Source: the human T2T-CHM13v2.0 reference genome, Homo sapiens. Taken from it: a DNA stretch of 64,000 nt. The translations under genes were made by a program, and so were the position numbers. The notes under the pieces were generated by a model, which was given only the letters and a program-made list of their open reading frames with translations, was not told the origin of the DNA and made no database searches. The stretch is taken from assembly GCF_009914755.1 (NCBI RefSeq), contig NC_060933.1; one strand, 5' to 3'. Shown in pieces: positions 52,864 through 64,000 of this stretch. Each line of letters begins with the position of its first letter. Position 1 is the stretch's first letter.

Positions 52864-54339
52864 TAATTTGTGCATTATATACTTTAAAAATGATATTGAA
52901 CTGGATGCTTTTTTTATTTTACATTATTAATACTTCACTTTTATTGGAACACAAGCACCCTTCTTGATAAACATTATATTAAATCACCGAAAACCACAAA
53001 AATGGATCCTAAGCAGTTCAAGGAACTGTGTGAGGGATATAGAGATGTGTATTTTCCCCCCAAGAAGTTTGCCACGTAATAATTTATAATACGGTTATTT
53101 CTAACATTTTTGCTCACTGTTCTCTGGACTCTGATGGGTAAGGTTATCAGTAGCTGAAATATCCTATATGTTAATCTCATCTCATCAGATACAAAAGATA
53201 AGAGAATGCTGTGCCTTTAGAATCTTTCTGTGAAAGTGTATCTTTGTGTACAACGTAAATGATAATTGTACTTTGAGCCAAAATTTAAACAACCAAAACG
53301 TGGTCTTTATTATACACAGAGCTTGATTGAACAATGTTTGTGGAAATGAATGGCTCTTTTTAAATGTCATACAGTGCCAGTTTTGCCCTGCAAGTGTTCC
53401 TTAAGGCATAAGGTCTAAGGTAAATAATAATTACTGATTTTATTAGTAGGGTGGGATACACCCAAACTAATATTACTTTTTTTTGAAGTATTTATTTTGA
53501 AATATTTTCTTATTACAGTGATGCTGCTCTTGTTTAAAATATTGGTTTATACTTTTAGAATTGTCTTTATAAGTCTATACCATTAAATAATAAAGTTTCA
53601 GCAGATCTAGACTTGGGAGGTAGGAATTTTGGGATCAAATTGTCACAGGAAGAAATTAGTTCAGTCTCCTCGCTTTGTTTTTCTTCAGACTGTGCCATTG
53701 TGTCCCTGGGATATAACGAGTTTCCTTAGGAAGTTAATTCTGCCTTAGTAGCAAGTTATTTTGTTTTACTCTTCTCTTTAGATATCAAATGCTAAATCCT
53801 TGCTCATCTGTATAAATATGGTTCAGTTTTCAAAGAAATCTTTCTTTAAATTTAAATCTTTATTATTACTCCTAAAAGTAATATTAAGTCTTTGTTATTT
53901 TCAACATTCTCATCTATTCTTAAGTGTGACTGATCACCTGCTCTTCCTCTTGATGCACATCCTACATTTCTTCTTGATCATGGCATTAATCCATTTCCCA
54001 TATAAGAAACTTTAACATATTAAAAATCTTAACAGCAGAATTTTAGTCTCTGCCCCTTCTGAGACGACAGCTAGCTCACTTGAAGGTTCCTGCATATTGC
54101 TGCATGACCTGTGGTTGTTGGTCCTTTTGTCATCGAAGGATAGAAACTGTACAAGTATCTCTGGTGATGGGACTAAGGGTTCCATGTTGTTTGTAGTTTG
54201 GTATTATCTCTGTTTCCAACAATAGTAATTTTGTAAACATTCAAGCAATATAAAAAGAAACCCAAGAGCTTTTCTGTAAATCAGCAATATATATGCCTAA
54301 TTCAGCTAATAGTTGTTATTAATTTTAGTATTCGTGGTA

Positions 54340-54425
54340 TTAGGTTGGTGCAAAAGTAATTGCGGTTTTTGACATTGAAATTGAAAGTAATGGCCAAAAC
54401 AGCAGTTACTTTGGCATCAACCTAC
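54340..54425. mobile_element. MADE1 (Hsmar1-derived MITE)
   Basis: ttaggttggtgcaaaagtaattgcggttttt ... aaaacagcagttactttggcatcaaccta forms an imperfect palindrome, preceded by TA. Confidence 0.92.
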
Positions 54426-54578
54426 TTTAGTCTAAAAAATTACTTGCTCTTCACTTACGTTTTACGTCGGAAGCAATTGCTTCAGGCAGTACATTAGAGT
54501 ATAATTAAAATTATGTTTTTCTTAAGCTAAAGTTAGAGAAAAAAGTCAGTCAGCCAGAATGCATGTGATGTCACAGAG

Positions 54579-56610
54579 CAGTGGTTCCCAAAGCAAGGCC
54601 TGGGGACCCTTGGGTTCTCTGAAGCCCATTCAGGAGATTTGCAAGGTCAGAAATATTTTCATTTTGTTAAGCTGTAATTCGCGCTTTTCACTCTCTCTTT
54701 TTCTCAATTACACAGTGGAGTTTCCCACTATCTATTTGGAAGATTTGCATAACTTAGTGAACACAATATTTTCTTTATGAGCAGTGCATGGTACCACATC
54801 ATGCATTGGTGAAAGAGCTATTCAAAGTGCAAGACTAACTACTTTTTTTTTAATTGTAAAAAAACATAGCATAAAATTTACTGTCCTAACCATTTTTAAG
54901 TGTACAGTTCAGTAGTGTGTTAAGTACATTCGCATTGTTGAAACAGATCTCCAGAACTACTTCATCTTACAAATCTGAAACTCTCTACCTATTAAACAAA
55001 ACAACCTACCTTTCCTCCCATTCCCAGCCCCTGGCAACCACCATTCTACACTCTGTCTCTATGAATTTGACTATTCTAGATATCTCATAGAAGTGGAATC
55101 ACACAGTATTTGTTTTGTGAGTAACTTATTTCACTTAGCATAATGTCCTCAAAGTTGGTTCATGTTGTAACGTGTGACAGGATTTCCTTTAAGGCTGAAA
55201 AGAACATTCCATTGTATCTATATACCACAGTTTGTTTATCTGTTCACCCATTAATGGACATTTGGATTGCTTCTACCTCTTGGTAGAATGTAAAATTGTA
55301 CCATGTAAAATTGTGAATAGTGCTCCTGTAAACATGGATATGCAGATATTTCTTTGAGATCCTGCTTTCAGTTGTTTTGGATATAGGCACAGGAGTGGGA
55401 TTGCTGGATCATATGGTAATTATAATTTTAATTTTAGTATCGTAATTCTAATTTCTTAGGTAGAACTACCATACTGTTTTCCACAGCAGTTGTACCATTT
55501 TCCAGTCCTACCTACAGTATACAAGGGTTCCAGTTCTCCATCCCTTAGTCAGCAGTTGCTATTTACTGTTTTTGTCATAGTGGTCATCCTGATGGGTGTG
55601 ATACGATACCTCATTTTGTTTTGATTTGCATTTCTCTGATGATTAGTGATATTGAGCATCTTTTTATGTGCTTGTTGGCCACTTGTAAATCATCTTTGGG
55701 GAAATATCTACTCACATCCTTTGACCATTTTTTAATTAGGTTATTTTGATTTTTGTTGAGTTGTGAGAGTTCTTTATATGTTCTGGAGACATGAGTTTTA
55801 ATGTAACAGTATGACAGATTTATTAATGGTTTCAGATTCTGCATTGTAACTAACCTTTAAGGAGCTAACTGTTGAATTCTGTGGTTTCATATAAGTATAT
55901 CTAGAATTATCTGAAAGACGATTAGAATATTCTTTTCAGTATCATATCTTTGAGAGGCTGGATTTTATACCTGAACTGAAAGAGCAGATCATAACAGATT
56001 GAGTGCTAAAGCAGATATGAGAATCTACTTGTTCTTTTTAAAACCTAGACATTAGGAGATTTGCAAAAATGTAAAATTAAGCCACTCTTAATGTATTTTG
56101 ATAGGAAATAGTTATTTTTAATTTAAAATGCATTGATATATAGGTATTTTTAAATAAATGTTTCTAGATTTGTTTTTCATTTTCTGAAGTAGTAAATATT
56201 GGTAGGCATTATCTATGTAAACAGATGCTTTTTTAGGTCTGTAGTAATTTCCATTTATGTTTTAATTTTTTTTTTAGAGACAGGATCTCGCTTTGTCACC
56301 CAGGCTGGAGTATAGTGGTGTGATCAGGGCTCACTGCTGTCTCAACACGTTGAGCTCAAACAGTCCTCCTGCCTCAGTCTCCTGAGTTGCTGGGACTACA
56401 GGCACTCACCACAGTACCCTGCTAATTTTTAACTTTTTGTAGAGATGAGATCTCATTATGTTGCCCAGGCTGGTCTCAAACTCCTGGCCTCAAGCAATCC
56501 TCCTGCCTGGGGCTCAAAGTGCTAGGATTATAGATGTGAGTCGCTGTGCCCAGCCAGTAATTTTTAAGAATGCACATGGAGTTCTGAGATCTAAGTCTGA
56601 GATCTACTGG
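54579..56610 (+). mobile_element. Charlie1-like hAT element interrupted by an antisense L1MB (about 54845-55790) and an AluJ
   Basis: Starts cagtggttcccaaag...gacccttggg and ends tgagatctactg. Nested L1 3' motifs (NLIKKWSKD...HIKRCS on the minus strand). Confidence 0.6.
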
Positions 56611-58464
56611 CTTTAAGAAACTAGTGGGGTTTTTTTACTGTCATACACGGGGGGAATTCTGTGTAATTTTTTATTATTACTGCGTACTTAAAACCAGCCA
56701 TACATGTTTAGGGTTTGCTGATAAAATTAAATAGCAATACATGTATCAAGAAAATCTCACTTTTTTGTTTCTTTTGATGTAACAGAAATAGAAGTTTGTT
56801 GAATGAGGAAAATAGGAGAGCTAATTGTTTGTTGTTGTTGTTTTTGTTGTTGTTAAGACAGGGCCTCACTCCCGTAGCCCAGGCTGGAGTGCAGTGGCGC
56901 CATCTTGTCTCACTGCAGCCTCGACCTCTGGGTTTAGGTGATTCACCACCTGAGCCTTCTCAGTAGCTGGGACTACAGGCCTGCACTGCCACACCTGGCT
57001 AATTTTTTGTATTTTTAGTAGAGACGGGGTTTTGTCATGTTGCCCAGGCTGGCCTCAAACTTCTGGGCTCAAGTGATTCGCCCGCCTTGGACTCCCAAAG
57101 TGCTAGGATTACAGGCGTGAGCCACCGTGCTTGTCTCTAATTGTTTGTTTGTTTGTTTGTTTGTTTTTTAAAGATAATTGTTTAAATTTGGTATAAAGAC
57201 AGTTATCTAAAATTGTGGACTGGAGAAGTCTTAAAACCAATGGGATCCTTCATAGTTTTTCCAGTATTAAAAAGATGAAGGTGATAATTTTCACCACTTT
57301 TGAAAAATATTAAGGGCTAGGACCGTTAATCTATCATTTCAGAGACCTGAGCTCCCAACCACATGGGGTATCTGATTAAATCATACAAATACTGACCTGC
57401 TATGATCTAGGTATAAAACAAGAAAGGGAAGGTCTCTGCTTTCATGGGGATGTACAAGCAACTAACAAGTACACAAATAACATAAAGTGGGATAACTTTA
57501 GATCATGGTGAATGTTATTAAGAGGTAAAATTGGGTAATGTGACTGGGATTTGTGGGGCTACCTTGTTGGTCAGGAGAACTCCAAAAGGAACCGGCCTTC
57601 TGAAGGTATGGGGAAGAGCTTATCAGGCAGAGGAGAGTGTGTCCTAATGGGAGAGGAAGAAGAGCAGAGTAGAGAACGCATGAACAACAAGGAGGAAGAT
57701 GGGAAACCTGAGGGCAGAGGCGTGAAGGCTTTTAGGGCTTGGGGGCTATGGTGAGCAGTTTGGTTGTTTTTCAAATTATAAAGGGAAGGCATGGGAACAT
57801 TTTAGATCACACAATGTGGTATCAGTGACACAACGATTACTTTGGTTGCAGTGAAGAATAAGATTGTAGGAGCAAGAGAGTAAAAACCTATGCCTTAATA
57901 AAAAAATGGAAATAAGACTGAAGGAAAACAAACACCAATTTCTTTAAAAAAAAAAAACAAAAAAAAAACCCTCTGTGCCTTGAATAGCTTTTCTAAGTTT
58001 TAAATAAACGTTCTGTGGTTATGTAAGATGCTAATACAGGAGAAGCAAAGTGAACCGTATACAGGAACTCTACTATTTTTCCAGTTCTTCTGTAAGTCTG
58101 AAATTATCTCAAAATTTAACTGTTAAGTAAACAATAACAAACAGTATTTTATACCTTGAATGAACAATTAAAACTTTTGATTTGGGTACAGAACCAAGAG
58201 CAGATGAGTCCAGAAAAATAAAAAATCATATTTTTTTCAATTAACTGACTTGGGACAAAATACTTCTATTCTGTTGAATCCATCTCTGAGCTGGGGCCCA
58301 GTAGTTTGTCTTTGGTTTTTGTACTTTTTAAAGCTTTCCCAGATTCTGATGCTTGCTAATACGTTGCATGGACAAAATTTCAGGTGTAGCCTTCTTTAGT
58401 AAATTCAGTCTTCATAGTCGGTAATCAGCGAAACACTTTGTCAACTTTTTTTTTTTTTTTTTAA

Positions 58465-58740
<276 letters not shown>

Positions 58741-59151
58741 TAGAAGGGATTTGGACTTCAGTACAAGATATTTGATTGGCTCTTTTGCAGATACATTTTT
58801 ATTTTTGGATATATGATTCTTTTAGTCATGCACAAACACAGCCTTTGAAATTTTTCATCCAGTTGTTATAAATGTTAGATAAGAAAATATTTGATAGTCA
58901 GTTCTGCTTGGCTTCTGTAATAAGATACAAGTTGTTTTATAATTATTAACACTACTACATATTACTTCTTGCTTTTATTTAAAAACATGATGGAATAGGG
59001 ATCAGTAAAATACGTCCCCGTGTACCCTGCTCAGCTTTAACAGTTATCTCATCGCCTGTCTAGTTTTATCTGTTAGTCCCCCCAGTGCAATTATTTTGAA
59101 TCTAATCCCAAGACATTGATTATTTCATCTGTAAATACTTGAACTTCAGAG

Positions 59152-59435
59152 CAGCGATCTTCAGCCTTTTTGTCACCGGGGACCAGTTTCATGGAAGACA
59201 GTTTTCTGTGGATTGGGGGTTGGGTGTGGATATGGTGGTTTTGGAGGCATTAGATTCCCATAAGGAACACACAACTTAGATTCTTCACATGCGTAGTTCA
59301 CAATAAGGTTTGTGCTCCTGTGAGAATCTGATGCCTCTGCTGATCTGACAGGAGGCAGAGCTCAGACGGCAGTGCTCTCTTTGCCGCTGCTCACCTCCTG
59401 CTGTGCGGCGTGGCCCCAGGTGTCTGGGACTCCTG
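59152..59435 (+). mobile_element. MER1B hAT element
   Basis: Contains cctttttgtcaccggggaccagtttcatggaagaca and ends gggactcctg. Confidence 0.75.
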
Positions 59436-59576
59436 ATTTAGAGAACATCAATTTCAGAAAACGATTGACTGCTAACTTTTCAGTAGCAAGTGGAGTACAG
59501 AGTCAGTGTTTAGACAGGTGATTTAGCTATTTCCACAACTAGTCTGTTCACACAGGTAAGGTAGAAGAGGATGTGA

Positions 59577-59900
<324 letters not shown>

Positions 59901-59929
59901 TAGGATTACAGGTGTGAGCCATTACGACC

Positions 59930-62960
<3,031 letters not shown>

Positions 62961-63189
62961 TTGTTTTCTTAATTTCACTTTTGGATAAGCTTGTTCCTTT
63001 AAAAACTACTCAGTGGCCTTTCTTCAAACACATGAATCTCTGGCCTTGGACAGATGTAACTGGTAGGCCCTCTCCATACATTAGCCATGCGTCAGTCATC
63101 TTTATTTCTTTTTTTAAAAAAATTCTTCCTATGAATAAGTTAGTTAACATACTAATTTCCTCATCTGGCCTTGAATTTCTACTTCTTCA

Positions 63190-63510
<321 letters not shown>

Positions 63511-64000
63511 TTGTGTACATTTGTTATAAAGGGGTAATGCAACTTACATACTCAGGAATTTGTCATGAGAACATTTCTTTAAAAAGCATTTCTCCAACCT
63601 GTATGAGGTGACTTGAACATTTTTTTATAGATAAATAGAGCAAGTCCTGTTAACCTAATCATAGGAAATGCAAGGGCGTCTGCAATTCTGCATCGCTTTT
63701 CCTAGCCATTTTTTGATCTTCCCTCTCCTTTAATTCTCCAAACTTGTGTGTGTGTGTGTGTGCACGCGCTATGGAAGCTTATTACCTTTAGAAACAGTGG
63801 TGATGCTCTGATCTAATGATTTCTGAAAGGGTCCTGGTCGCGTACCCGCTCTGATGGTAAAACAGGCCTCTACATGACTCCCTTGGTTAGCTGAGTTACT
63901 ATAAAATTCACGTGCGATTGTGTATTTGTAATTCTTTTGTAAACGTGCCACAAAAATATGGCAGTATGATGATACTGCTTAAGGGAAGAGAATTTTTAAA

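Overview
Human (primate) genomic DNA covering most of SPIN1 (spindlin-1, a Tudor-like histone methylation reader) on the + strand. The window starts in intron 1 and holds four coding exons: 16644-16695, 39041-39089, 52596-52849 and 58472-58705. They total 589 nt, have GT-AG boundaries and are phase-compatible; the last exon lies beyond the window. Intron 1 carries a disabled, antisense HNRNPA1 processed pseudogene. The rest is dense repeat: about 55-60 Alus (roughly 3:1 antisense), old L1/L2/MIR fragments, LTRs (LTR10, MER21-like, MLT1, MLT2) and DNA transposons (Tigger4, MER2, MER82, MADE1, Charlie1, MER1B, MER5A). Repeat family names come from recall of consensus sequences, not a search. Almost all ORFs in the track are Alu-derived or spurious. 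I see no clearly new biological system. The best leads are a chain of overlapping start/stop codons around the SPIN1 start, a solo LTR10 with AP-1 repeats upstream of exon 2, a perfect 163-bp tandem duplication, a full AluYa5 with TSDs, a TG-rich exon-4 acceptor and a miR-548-like MADE1 hairpin.
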